Origin: Bacteroidota bacterium
GTDB taxonomy: Bacteria; Bacteroidota; Bacteroidia; AKYH767-A; OLB10
DNA: 64,000 bases
Assembly (NCBI GenBank): GCA_046302815.1
Contig: JBKCHO010000055.1
Coordinates: forward strand, 13,408-77,407
Direction of reading: 5' to 3'
Part shown: piece by piece, positions 37,732 through 47,330 of the stretch
Layout of the letters: the number at the start of each line of letters is the position of its first letter
Position numbering within the stretch: the first letter of the stretch is position 1
The notes under the pieces: model-generated
Databases searched by the model: none
Seen by the model: the letters and a program-made list of their open reading frames with translations, nothing else
Told to the model about the DNA's origin: nothing
Translations under genes and position numbers: made by a program

Positions 37732-38688
37732 ATGGAACTACACCTACGAAGAATTATTACGCTCGCTATTGTAGCCTTGAGTGTTTTCACTTCTGCATTT
37801 GGTGATCAAGCCACATTCATTGTTTCTATTGCACTAATCTGCCTGATTGGAATACCTCACGGTGCAACAGACCACTTGCTTTTTTTTTCCATTGCAAAAA
37901 AATTGCCTGGTAACCATAAAGTCCTTCGCTTGAGATTCTATTTGACTTACTTAGGTATTATGGCTACCTATGGGCTTTTTTGGTATTTGTCTCCGGGTTT
38001 ATCTTTCCTTATTTTCATATTGGTCTCCTTCTATCATTTCGGACAAGAGAATTTAAAGGAAATCCGTTGGAAATCTTCCTCTATAAAGTATATTTCATTT
38101 TTACTTTCAGGAGTTTTTGTTTTGGCAACACCCCTTCTTGCCGATATGAAAACAGCACTTCCCATTATCGAAGCTATATCGGGAATTGAAAGCATATCCC
38201 TTCTGGATATCGAACATTGTAGAAATCTTGCACTTGCTTCGGGAGTCGTTTATGGCACCTATATTTTGGTTCTTATGCTATTCCGTCATTTGGATTTACT
38301 TGCCGGAGTCCATGAACTTGCGAACTGGCTTATCCTCTTTGCTCTTTTCTTAAATACGCCTTTAATGATGGGTTTTGCGGTTTACTTTTCGCTTTGGCAT
38401 GCATTACCATCCATCATTGAACAAATTGGATTCCTCAAAAAAAACCAACTGAAATACAGCTTTCATAAGCATGTGTTGAATATAGCCCCCTACACATTGT
38501 TGAGCATCGGTGGTATTTTCCTGGGGTTGTATTTTTTAAAGGATAGCTCCCTTGCAGCACAAACAGGAATCGGATTTATGTTTTTATCCATAATCACTAT
38601 GCCTCATATTTTGCTAATGGATCGATTCCACGAGTTGAATTCTGAAAATGCGCCTTCCTCTGATTTTACAAGAACTGCAACTACATAG
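37732..38688 (+). CDS. blh: Brp/Blh-family beta-carotene 15,15'-dioxygenase (retinal synthesis)
   Basis: The GIPHGATDH motif and additional conserved His residues across about seven TM helices, sitting immediately downstream of the rhodopsin gene. Confidence 0.8.
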   Translation: MELHLRRIITLAIVALSVFTSAFGDQATFIVSIALICLIGIPHGATDHLLFFSIAKKLPGNHKVLRLRFYLTYLGIMATYGLFWYLSPGLSFLIFILVSFYHFGQENLKEIRWKSSSIKYISFLLSGVFVLATPLLADMKTALPIIEAISGIESISLLDIEHCRNLALASGVVYGTYILVLMLFRHLDLLAGVHELANWLILFALFLNTPLMMGFAVYFSLWHALPSIIEQIGFLKKNQLKYSFHKHVLNIAPYTLLSIGGIFLGLYFLKDSSLAAQTGIGFMFLSIITMPHILLMDRFHELNSENAPSSDFTRTATT

Positions 38689-38826
38689 AGTTATTTTTCG
38701 TTGCGGGGTTTGCGAATTCAAAAAACAACCATGATGTTGATATTATTGAATCTGCTTTCGCTAATCATATTGGCGGCTGATTAGATTCTGTTTCCTACTT
38801 TTACGGATAATGCAAAGGCATTAGCC

Positions 38827-39225
38827 ATGGATAAAATCGAACACATCGGCATTGCGGTAAAAGACCTGAAGACCGCTGGAGAAACATATACCAAAATATT
38901 GGGAATGCCGCCCTATAAAACAGAAACCGTCGAAAGCGAAGGCGTCAATACCATGTTTTTTCAAATTGGAGAAAGTAAGATTGAGCTGCTTGAATCGATT
39001 CATGCCGAAAGTCCCATTTCAAAGTTTATCGATAAAAAAGGAGAGGGTATTCATCATATTGCTTTCGGGGTTTCGGATATAAAGGCCGAGATGAAAAGAC
39101 TTGAAGAAGAGGGGTTCACCCTATTGAATGCCGAACCGAAGTTGGGTGCCGACAACAAGTGGGTATGCTTTTTGCATCCAAAAGGAAGCCATGGTGTGTT
39201 GATAGAGCTGTGCCAAGATCGATAA
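38827..39225 (+). CDS. Methylmalonyl-CoA epimerase (VOC/glyoxalase family)
   Basis: MDKIEHIGIAVKDLKTAGETY and ...GEGIHHIAFGV...HGVLIELCQ. A 132-aa VOC fold typical of the epimerase. Confidence 0.75.
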   Translation: MDKIEHIGIAVKDLKTAGETYTKILGMPPYKTETVESEGVNTMFFQIGESKIELLESIHAESPISKFIDKKGEGIHHIAFGVSDIKAEMKRLEEEGFTLLNAEPKLGADNKWVCFLHPKGSHGVLIELCQDR

Positions 39226-39321
39226 TCATGGCTAAAAGCAGCTATGTTTACCGTACTAATAATGGCATAATTGCTTTGACTTTGTCATCACAAAACTTGT
39301 GACAATGACTTCATTTTCGAC

Positions 39322-39738
39322 TCAACGGATCATCACACCCTGTTTATCAATCACAGGTATGTAGGAAAAATTCTCCTCTGTAATGGTTTCGGGAAGAAAG
39401 GTGTACTTCTTGTCATAAATGGTGCTGCCAATATAAAAACTCACCCAATACTCGTTATTCAAACCGAACACCTCTCTGTCTATAGGCTCAACACGAACTG
39501 CGTTCGAGGGTTCAATATAATCAAAGAAGTGTCGCAATACAGAGGTCTTCACCTCCTCTCCATCACGCATGCCATACCCCCTACTGGTAACCAATACGCC
39601 ATAAATTTGCTGTTTTTTCAGATTGATTAGAAACACATCCCATACGGTAAATTCGTGTGGGACTTCATCCTCGCCTAAATCAGGCACAATGGCCAACGCC
39701 AAATCTTCCACTTTGATTTCAGGAATATCCTTGAGCAT
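39322..39738 (-). CDS. Hypothetical protein (138 aa)
   Basis: Open frame with coding-like composition, tightly coupled to the downstream serine hydrolase gene. No motif recognised. Confidence 0.35.
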   Translation of the reverse strand: MLKDIPEIKVEDLALAIVPDLGEDEVPHEFTVWDVFLINLKKQQIYGVLVTSRGYGMRDGEEVKTSVLRHFFDYIEPSNAVRVEPIDREVFGLNNEYWVSFYIGSTIYDKKYTFLPETITEENFSYIPVIDKQGVMIR

Positions 39739-39749
39739 ATTCAGTCTTG

Positions 39750-40907
39750 TTACATTTTTTGCGGAGAACCGTACATTTTCATAGCTCCATCCAGAAAAAT
39801 AGGTATATCTGTAGGCAAACCTGTGTTATCCTTTTCAGCTCTTTCATGACCTAATCGTACAATGACCATTTTTTGATCTGGTATGACAAATATATACTGT
39901 CCTAATATTCCACGAGCATAGTATGCCTTTTGTCCTAGATGCTCGTAGATCCACCATTGAAAACCGTAGGTTTGATTTGGCTTTCCTTCATCCATCAACG
40001 GTGAGGCAACTGTCATTTCCTGTATGAATTTTTCGGAAACGATTTGCTTTCCTCGCCATTTGCCCTTATTTAATACAAGCTGTCCTATTCGGGCAAAATC
40101 ACGAGCGTTCGAATAAATGCAACAGTATGCTTTTTCATCACCATTTTTATCATCTAAACTCCATTGGGCATCGTGCTCTGCTCCCAAAGGCACCCAAAGC
40201 TTTTGTGTTGCATAATCGCTTAATGACATGTTGGTGGCCGCTTTCAAAACAATGCCTAAAACTTGCGTATCGGAGCTTCGGTACTCGAACTGCTTTCCCG
40301 GCTCTTCCACTACGCACAATTCATTCATTTGTTGTCTGAGCTTGGTGTCGTAGTAGGCGCGAGTTGTTGGGCTTGTAAGACTGGTGTACGATTCGTCATA
40401 ATCGAGACCGGAGCTCATCATCAACAAATGGCGTATGGTTAGCTTTCTATTTTCTCCTTGATTGTATTCCGGATAGAACTCATGAACGGGTTGGTCGAGG
40501 CTTTTGATCTTACCTTCATCCAATGCTATGCCAACCAGTAGTCCTACAACACTTTTGGCCATGGAAAAAGAATTGGAAAGGGAGCTTTTGCCATATCCTT
40601 CATGATATTGTTCGTGTCTGATGGAGTCGTCTTTTACTATCAGGAAGGCCACCGAACGAAAACGGTTAATGGTGTTTTGCAAAGTGTCGGGGACGGGAGC
40701 TTGATTGTAATCGAGTCCCAATGGCCATGGCATCGGATTTTCTGCTTTGATAGTTCTGGTATGGAAAAGCTCCAGGTCATCTATGCCCACATAATTATAG
40801 ACAAGTGCTTTATAATAATACCACTTACCTGAAAAGTAAAGCAATAAGTTTCCAACAACCAAAAACAGCAACAAGAAATGCCACCACTTGATATTACTTT
40901 TTTGCAT
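39750..40907 (-). CDS. Serine hydrolase, beta-lactamase/transpeptidase-like family
   Basis: N-terminal TM anchor, the SxxK active-site motif (FSMAKSVVGLLVG), and a later YxN-like region. Confidence 0.75.
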   Translation of the reverse strand: MQKSNIKWWHFLLLFLVVGNLLLYFSGKWYYYKALVYNYVGIDDLELFHTRTIKAENPMPWPLGLDYNQAPVPDTLQNTINRFRSVAFLIVKDDSIRHEQYHEGYGKSSLSNSFSMAKSVVGLLVGIALDEGKIKSLDQPVHEFYPEYNQGENRKLTIRHLLMMSSGLDYDESYTSLTSPTTRAYYDTKLRQQMNELCVVEEPGKQFEYRSSDTQVLGIVLKAATNMSLSDYATQKLWVPLGAEHDAQWSLDDKNGDEKAYCCIYSNARDFARIGQLVLNKGKWRGKQIVSEKFIQEMTVASPLMDEGKPNQTYGFQWWIYEHLGQKAYYARGILGQYIFVIPDQKMVIVRLGHERAEKDNTGLPTDIPIFLDGAMKMYGSPQKM

Positions 40908-41635
40908 CAGGAGTTATTTTCAGCAGATTGATGTTCGACCAAATGGAATTCGAATTTTTCAGACAAATGCTTTTTCAATCGGGATTTAACCTCATCCATA
41001 TTCAGATCATATCCCAACTCCTTATTCAATGAAGTAACCTGCTTATCGGCAATGCCACAAGGGATGATATGGTTGAAATAATCCAAGTTCACATTCACAT
41101 TAAAGGCAAATCCATGCATAGTAACCCACCTGCTGCAACGAACCCCGAAAGCACATATTTTTCTTGCCTTTTCGGGATAGTCCGCATCAATCCATACGCC
41201 GGTCAATTTTTCGATACGCGAACCCTTGATGCCATAATCGTTTAAGGTAAGAATAATGGCCTCCTCAAGAAAGCGCAAATACTTGTGGATATCGTTGAAG
41301 AAGCGATCCAAATCAAATATAGGATACCCTACTATTTGTCCGGGACCATGATAGGTGATATCACCACCCCTATTGATTTTGTAAAACACAGCATTGTTTG
41401 CTCCTAATTGTTTTTCATCAAGTAAGAGATGATCCTCCGTACCGCTTTTACCTAAAGTATAAACATGGGGGTGCTCACAAAAAAGCAGATGGTGGGTTTT
41501 GGGGGCGGGGTTCCTTTCCGGATCATCCCGGTAGGCCATTTTTGCGGAAACGATTTCATTCAATAACAACTCTTGATAGTCCCAGGTGGTTTTGTAGTCG
41601 GCCAATCCCAAATCCCTGAATAGAACAGTTTCCAT
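40907..41635 (-). CDS. lipB: Octanoyltransferase (lipoyl(octanoyl) transferase)
   Basis: NRGGDITYHGPGQIVGYPI is the LipB signature, along with the catalytic Cys/Lys region. Confidence 0.9.
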   Translation of the reverse strand: METVLFRDLGLADYKTTWDYQELLLNEIVSAKMAYRDDPERNPAPKTHHLLFCEHPHVYTLGKSGTEDHLLLDEKQLGANNAVFYKINRGGDITYHGPGQIVGYPIFDLDRFFNDIHKYLRFLEEAIILTLNDYGIKGSRIEKLTGVWIDADYPEKARKICAFGVRCSRWVTMHGFAFNVNVNLDYFNHIIPCGIADKQVTSLNKELGYDLNMDEVKSRLKKHLSEKFEFHLVEHQSAENNS

Positions 41636-41699
41636 ATTACAAAGATAAACTTTTCAATAGCGGAATGGTCGCTATCTTTGCTACTTAATCAATCAAAAA

Positions 41700-42683
41700 A
41701 TGGAATATAGAAAACTTGGTGGTTCGGGCTTACAAGTAAGCGCATTATCATTTGGCACATGGCTCACTTTTGGCAAACAGATCAGTGATGATACTGCAGA
41801 GGAGTTGATGATTACCGCATACGAAGGTGGTGTCAACTTTTTCGATAATGCAGAAATTTATGCCAGAGGGAAGTCGGAGATTGTAATGGGCAGCATACTT
41901 AAAAAAATGAATTGGGATCGCTCCTCATATTTGGTTTCCAGTAAAGTATTTTTTGGTCTAGGAGATACCAAACCCAACCAGCGGGGTTTGTCCCGCAAAC
42001 ATATTGCAGAGGGCTGCCACGGTGCTTTAAAAAGGCTCCAAGTAGATTACATAGATTTGTTCTTTTGCCATCGCCCCGACAAAAACACACCCATCGAAGA
42101 AACCGTGTGGGCCATGCACAATTTGGTCCTACAAGGGAAAATCCTCTATTGGGGGACATCCGAATGGAATGCGTCTGAAATCATGGAAGCCATCATGGTG
42201 GCAAAAACCCACCATTTGGTTGGACCCACTATGGAGCAACCCGAATACAACATGTTCCGTAGGGAGAAGCTTGAGCATGAGTATTTGCATTTATTCAAAC
42301 ATCACGGATTGGGAACCACCATATGGTCTCCGCTCGCATCCGGACTATTATCTGGCAAATACCTAAAGGGTTTCCCCGATGACACCAGGCTTGGTATTGA
42401 AGGCATGGATTGGTTGAAGAATCGTGTTCTTCGGGAAGAGAAAATTGAGAAGGTGCGCAACCTAAAAACGATTGCCGATAGGCTCGGACTTTCATTGGCG
42501 AAACTTTCCCTAGTATGGTGCTTAAAAAACAATCATGTTAGTACGGTCATTCTTGGCGCATCTAAAGTGGATCAGCTTAAAGAAAACTTGACTGCGATGG
42601 ATGCCCTTCCGCTTTTAACAGAAGAAATTCTAGCGGAAATAGACGCTGTTTTGGGAAACAAACCAATGCTTCCGGAATTTTAA
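41700..42683 (+). CDS. Aldo/keto reductase (Kv-beta-like subfamily)
   Basis: MEYRKLGGSGLQVSALSFGTW, ...FFDNAEIYARGKSE and ...LYWGTSEW are AKR signature segments. Confidence 0.85.
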   Translation: MEYRKLGGSGLQVSALSFGTWLTFGKQISDDTAEELMITAYEGGVNFFDNAEIYARGKSEIVMGSILKKMNWDRSSYLVSSKVFFGLGDTKPNQRGLSRKHIAEGCHGALKRLQVDYIDLFFCHRPDKNTPIEETVWAMHNLVLQGKILYWGTSEWNASEIMEAIMVAKTHHLVGPTMEQPEYNMFRREKLEHEYLHLFKHHGLGTTIWSPLASGLLSGKYLKGFPDDTRLGIEGMDWLKNRVLREEKIEKVRNLKTIADRLGLSLAKLSLVWCLKNNHVSTVILGASKVDQLKENLTAMDALPLLTEEILAEIDAVLGNKPMLPEF

Positions 42684-42734
42684 GAATCTAACCAATCCAC
42701 ACAACGGTTTTTACAAAAATTGGTGAGATTGGCC

Positions 42735-43718
42735 TTATATTTTTCCGAGCTCACCTTTGAGGTAGTCAATCACCTTGACTTCCGTAGCATCTATGTTCTT
42801 TATTTCAGAAAGATACCAAGAAACCCAGTCACCAAAATGTACAAGATACATACTGCGCTGAAGGTGGGTAGATCCTTTTGAATAAACCTCAAAAACAAAA
42901 GGTGTATATTTTGAAACTATGCCCTTTGTAAAATCCATTCGTGCGGAGGTTCTGGGATAATCCGTTTCGTTGCGGAAAAAAACAACAGCCAATTTGTCGT
43001 TAGTAGTAGTCCAACCGACCAATTCATTATGATTCATTTCCGGCAATGCATGGTGCCAACAAAGCATTTTGGAATTCTCATTGATTTGCTGCCTGAATCG
43101 AATACAAACCCCCTCATAATCGGATTGTGAGTAAATAACAGCTGTTTTGCGATGCAGCTTTTCGGATAGATAATAAGCGTCGGAACAAATATGCTCCTCC
43201 TCATAGTCTAACAAGTGAATGGTTGCCTCTAAATCCGATTTAAACCCATCTCCGATGAGACTAAAACCATTTAAGACAAAAAGTAACTGCGTCAATGAAT
43301 ATGCCAAACAAGCCCTAGGCGGCATCCCTCCCGGAATAATGATATGGTCGTATCCAGCCGATCGAGCCATTTCAAGAATTTTACCTCCGGATGTCACGCA
43401 AACAATGGTTGCACCCTTAGACATACACAACTCCATGGCAGATATGGTCTCTTCGGTATTGCCCGAATAAGATGACACTATCACCAAGGTACTAGGCCCA
43501 ACAAACGATGGGATAAAATAATCCTTGTTAACAGTAATTGGGACACAGATTTCCCTTTCTACCAACTGTGACACTATACTTCCTCCGATACCGGATCCGC
43601 CTAAGCCCGTAATTAAAACATTTCGAATTTCCTGGTTGGGTTTGGAAAAAACAGCCTTACTGCCAATTTCCATGGCCTGTCTCAATTGGGCGGTAAATGA
43701 TGCTATAAGCTCTTTCAT
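42735..43718 (-). CDS. Bifunctional phosphoglucose/phosphomannose isomerase (SIS-domain)
   Basis: SIS-domain motifs ITGLGGSGIGGS and VSSYSGNTEET in a ~327-aa archaeal-type PGI/PMI architecture. Confidence 0.65.
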   Translation of the reverse strand: MKELIASFTAQLRQAMEIGSKAVFSKPNQEIRNVLITGLGGSGIGGSIVSQLVEREICVPITVNKDYFIPSFVGPSTLVIVSSYSGNTEETISAMELCMSKGATIVCVTSGGKILEMARSAGYDHIIIPGGMPPRACLAYSLTQLLFVLNGFSLIGDGFKSDLEATIHLLDYEEEHICSDAYYLSEKLHRKTAVIYSQSDYEGVCIRFRQQINENSKMLCWHHALPEMNHNELVGWTTTNDKLAVVFFRNETDYPRTSARMDFTKGIVSKYTPFVFEVYSKGSTHLQRSMYLVHFGDWVSWYLSEIKNIDATEVKVIDYLKGELGKI

Positions 43719-43785
43719 ATAAAATCCAAAATATAGGCAAATTTAACAATTCGAGCGCTAACAAAAACAGGGGGTATTTGTATAT

Positions 43786-44520
43786 TTGATTATGAAAACC
43801 AAGTTTTTTGCAGTGTTTGTTTGTACGCTTCTAGTGGCCTGCACCAGCAAGGATGGTGATTTCACTATGTTTTCTATTGACGAAGACCTTCAATTGGGAA
43901 AACAAATATCAGAAGGCATCAAAAACGACCCGAACACCTATCCCATCGTAAAAAGAAGCGAAGCTCCTAGGGAGTATCAAAAACTGGACCGCATTCTGAA
44001 AAGCATACTCGCATCGGATGAGATTCTTCATAGAAACGAGCTTGCTTGGGAGTTGAGCCTGATAGATAACGATACAATCTACAATGCCTTTTGCACACCA
44101 GGCGGTTACATTTATGTTTACACCGGATTGATGAATTTCGTAGGCTCAGAAGATGAATTGGCAGGCATCATTGCACACGAAGTAGCTCACGGGGACCTTA
44201 GACATAGTACTGATCAGCTTACAAAGCAATATGGGATTCAAACGCTTATTGGGCTGCTAATTGATTCGGACGCTCAAATTATTGCCGATATAGGCGCTAC
44301 ACTAATTCAATTGGGCTACAGCCGAAGTGATGAGGCTGAAGCCGATCGCTTCGCTGTTAGGTATTTGAAGGATACCCCCTACAAACCTGATGCTTTCGCT
44401 GATTTCTTTTCGAGACTTGAGCAGAAAGATGGTAATATGGGTATTTTTCAATTTCTGAGCACACACCCAGACCCAGGAAACCGAGTTGAAAAAATAAAAG
44501 AAGAAGCTCGTCTAAATTGA
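43786..44520 (+). CDS. M48-family zinc metalloprotease (lipoprotein)
   Basis: Lipoprotein signal ...LLVACTS. The HEVAHGDLRH HExxH zinc-binding motif and a downstream Glu. Confidence 0.75.
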   Translation: MIMKTKFFAVFVCTLLVACTSKDGDFTMFSIDEDLQLGKQISEGIKNDPNTYPIVKRSEAPREYQKLDRILKSILASDEILHRNELAWELSLIDNDTIYNAFCTPGGYIYVYTGLMNFVGSEDELAGIIAHEVAHGDLRHSTDQLTKQYGIQTLIGLLIDSDAQIIADIGATLIQLGYSRSDEAEADRFAVRYLKDTPYKPDAFADFFSRLEQKDGNMGIFQFLSTHPDPGNRVEKIKEEARLN

Positions 44521-44537
44521 AAAAGCGCTCTTCACAT

Positions 44538-45737
44538 TCAAACTTTCCTGTCTTTTTCGGAAAAATCTCTCAGCATATTCGATTGTAGGCGTATGGCCTC
44601 ATCATGTATCTGAAGAAAAATATTTCTTACAAACTCTTGGTTGAGTCCGTGGGTCCGTGCCATATCCATACAGTTATCAATGATGGACTTCCACCTCTCT
44701 AATTGAAGCACACTGACATTGTTCTCTCTTTTAAGATTTCCCAACTCCTCTATCAGTGAAATCCGCTGAACAAGGAGTTCCAAAAGCCGCTCGTCTACAT
44801 GATCAATCTTGTTACGCAACTCCCCGACCTGATTCATAACCGCGGTTTCTTCGAAAGAGCGAACCCTTTGGGTTAAGTTAGACACAATAGCATGTAGCTC
44901 AACAGGGCTAACCTGTTGATCGGGATCGCTGAGCGCCGACTTGGGGTTCACATGAGTTTCTATCATCAGACCCTCTAAATCCAAGTCATATGCCTGTTGA
45001 GCAATAGAAAAAAGATGAGTGGTGTTTCCTGCTATATGACTGATGTCGCAAATGACGGGAAGCTCGGGATGCAATGACTTTAGAGCATGAACAAGTTGCC
45101 ACCTTGGCACATTTCGATATCCGGAGTTTTCGTAAGCATGGAAACCCCTATGAATGGCCACCAGTTTTTTCTGTCCCATTCGCTGAAATCGCTCCAAACC
45201 TCCAATCCACAAATGCAAATCAGGATGGAGAGGATTCTTGACAAAAACAGGTATGTCTATTCCACGAAGCGATTCAGCTAATTCCTGAACCAAAAATGGA
45301 TTTCCTGTTGTTCGAGCACCCACCCAAAACATATCTATTCCGATGGATAAAGCCGCCTCCACATGTTGCGGAGTCGCCACTTCTGTAATAGTGCGCATTC
45401 CGGTTTGGCTGCCCGCATCTTTCAACCATCTCAAGCCATCTACACCCGACCCTTCGAAATTTCCTGGACGGGTTCGTGGCTTCCATGATCCAGCCCTAAG
45501 AATATTGTTGGGAAAGTGTTCGGCGATACCTTTTGCCGTTTCCAACATCTGTTCGGCCGACTCGGCACTGCATGGTCCTGCAATCAGCACTTTGCCGGAG
45601 TTAATATGAAGCCATTCGTTTCTATGATTCACTATCTGATTATTCGCTCTGTGATTAAGTAAGAAACAAAGGTAGACCAAAGAGGTTTCTCGATGGATTA
45701 TTCTCTTATTTTTTGGTTTCTTTGTTAGTGGAATCAC
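44538..45737 (-). CDS. Bifunctional 3-deoxy-7-phosphoheptulonate (DAHP) synthase / chorismate mutase
   Basis: [12 protein letters not shown] and [12 protein letters not shown] are DAHP-synthase/KDO8P-synthase-fold motifs. The C-terminal ~90 aa ([27 protein letters not shown]) form an AroQ-type chorismate mutase. Confidence 0.85.
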   Translation of the reverse strand: MIPLTKKPKNKRIIHRETSLVYLCFLLNHRANNQIVNHRNEWLHINSGKVLIAGPCSAESAEQMLETAKGIAEHFPNNILRAGSWKPRTRPGNFEGSGVDGLRWLKDAGSQTGMRTITEVATPQHVEAALSIGIDMFWVGARTTGNPFLVQELAESLRGIDIPVFVKNPLHPDLHLWIGGLERFQRMGQKKLVAIHRGFHAYENSGYRNVPRWQLVHALKSLHPELPVICDISHIAGNTTHLFSIAQQAYDLDLEGLMIETHVNPKSALSDPDQQVSPVELHAIVSNLTQRVRSFEETAVMNQVGELRNKIDHVDERLLELLVQRISLIEELGNLKRENNVSVLQLERWKSIIDNCMDMARTHGLNQEFVRNIFLQIHDEAIRLQSNMLRDFSEKDRKV

Positions 45738-45755
45738 TTCTTCCCAATTGCAACC

Positions 45756-47297
45756 ATGAGTCAGAAAATCAAACAGTTAGAAGATAGGCGAGCCGCTGCT
45801 TTAGAAGGCGGTGGCGCCAAGAGAATTGAGGCACAGCACAAGAAAGGCAAATTAACAGCCCGGGAAAGACTTCATTTCCTTTTGGATGAAGGTTCTTTCG
45901 AGGAAATAGGAATGTTGGTGACCCACCGCTCTCGCGATTTCGGTCTTGATAAGGAGTTGTATCCCGGTGATGGCGTAGTAACCGGATATGGAACCATTCA
46001 TGGCAGATTGGTTTATGTATACTCTCAGGATTTTACCGTTTTTGGAGGCTCACTATCCGAGACGCATGCGGCAAAAATCTGTAGAATTATGGATATGGCC
46101 ATGAAAAACGGGGCGCCGGTAATTGGCTTGAATGACTCTGGAGGTGCACGAATTCAAGAGGGAGTGGTTTCACTTGGAGGATATGCTGATATTTTTTATC
46201 GCAACACCTTGGCATCTGGAGTGGTTCCACAGATCAGTGCCATCATGGGACCATGTGCAGGAGGCGCCGTGTATTCTCCTGCCATCACCGATTTTATCAT
46301 GATGGTTGAGAACACCTCATACATGTTCGTTACCGGACCCAATGTGGTAAAAACCGTCACGCATGAAGAAGTAACATCCGAAGAATTAGGTGGAGCCTCC
46401 ACTCATTCCACTAAATCCGGAGTTACCCATTTCTCATGTGCAAATGAAATCGAATGCATCAACAATATCAAAAAGCTGTTAAGCTATATCCCATCCAATT
46501 GTGAAGAACAGCCTCCATTCTCCGATTATGAGGGCGGTGAAGAATCAAGACCGAAGCTTTCCGGCATTATACCAGAGAACCCAAACCAGCCCTACGACAT
46601 TCGCGAAGTGATTCACGAAGTGATCGATGAAGGAAGCTTTTTAGAAGTTCACAAAGATTTCGCGGAAAACATTGTTGTGGGATTCGCTCGGATTGCCGGT
46701 CGAAGCATTGGTGTTGTGGCCAACCAGCCTGCCTTTCTGGCTGGTGTACTCGACATACATGCATCTACGAAGTCGGCTCGATTCGTTCGCTTTTGCGACT
46801 CCTTTAATGTACCGCTGCTTGTATTTGAAGATGTGCCTGGCTTCCTTCCCGGCACCGACCAAGAGTGGAATGCCATTATCACGAATGGTGCAAAACTGCT
46901 TTATGCGTTTTGTGAAGCCACGGTGCCACGAATTACTGTCATCACACGCAAAGCCTATGGAGGAGCTTATGATGTGATGAATTCCAAACATATCGGCGCC
47001 GATATGAATTATGCATGGCCTACGGCAGAAATTGCGGTCATGGGAGCGAAAGGAGCCGCCGAAATCATCTTCCGCAAGGAAATAGCAGAATCTGACAACC
47101 CCGAGGCCAAATGGAAAGAAAAGGAACAGGAGTACAACGATCTTTTTGCAAACCCATACAAAGCAGCTGAGCATGGATATGTGGACGAAGTCATTCGTCC
47201 CGAAGAAACCCGACAGAAACTCATCAAAGCTTTCCGTATGCTGGAGAACAAAGTAGCCCATCTTCCTAAAAAGAAGCATGGAAACATCCCACTTTAG
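45756..47297 (+). CDS. Acyl-CoA carboxylase carboxyltransferase beta subunit (propionyl-CoA carboxylase beta / methylmalonyl-CoA carboxyltransferase family)
   Basis: [23 protein letters not shown]-terminus, [12 protein letters not shown], and the [12 protein letters not shown] oxyanion-hole motifs. Length 513 aa. Confidence 0.9.
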   Translation: MSQKIKQLEDRRAAALEGGGAKRIEAQHKKGKLTARERLHFLLDEGSFEEIGMLVTHRSRDFGLDKELYPGDGVVTGYGTIHGRLVYVYSQDFTVFGGSLSETHAAKICRIMDMAMKNGAPVIGLNDSGGARIQEGVVSLGGYADIFYRNTLASGVVPQISAIMGPCAGGAVYSPAITDFIMMVENTSYMFVTGPNVVKTVTHEEVTSEELGGASTHSTKSGVTHFSCANEIECINNIKKLLSYIPSNCEEQPPFSDYEGGEESRPKLSGIIPENPNQPYDIREVIHEVIDEGSFLEVHKDFAENIVVGFARIAGRSIGVVANQPAFLAGVLDIHASTKSARFVRFCDSFNVPLLVFEDVPGFLPGTDQEWNAIITNGAKLLYAFCEATVPRITVITRKAYGGAYDVMNSKHIGADMNYAWPTAEIAVMGAKGAAEIIFRKEIAESDNPEAKWKEKEQEYNDLFANPYKAAEHGYVDEVIRPEETRQKLIKAFRMLENKVAHLPKKKHGNIPL

Positions 47298-47330
47298 AAC
47301 AAACATTTCCCACACATTCGAATCAAACCG

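Noticed and set aside
39226-39321. A possible bidirectional terminator (TCACAA-aac-TTGTGA) between the convergent epimerase gene and the 138-aa gene
   Set aside because: The stem is only 6-7 bp and there is no clear T-run on either strand, so it is too weak to call.
46641-47315. 224-aa minus-strand ORF overlapping the carboxyltransferase gene
   Set aside because: It is antisense to a strongly conserved AccD/PccB-type frame and has no motifs.
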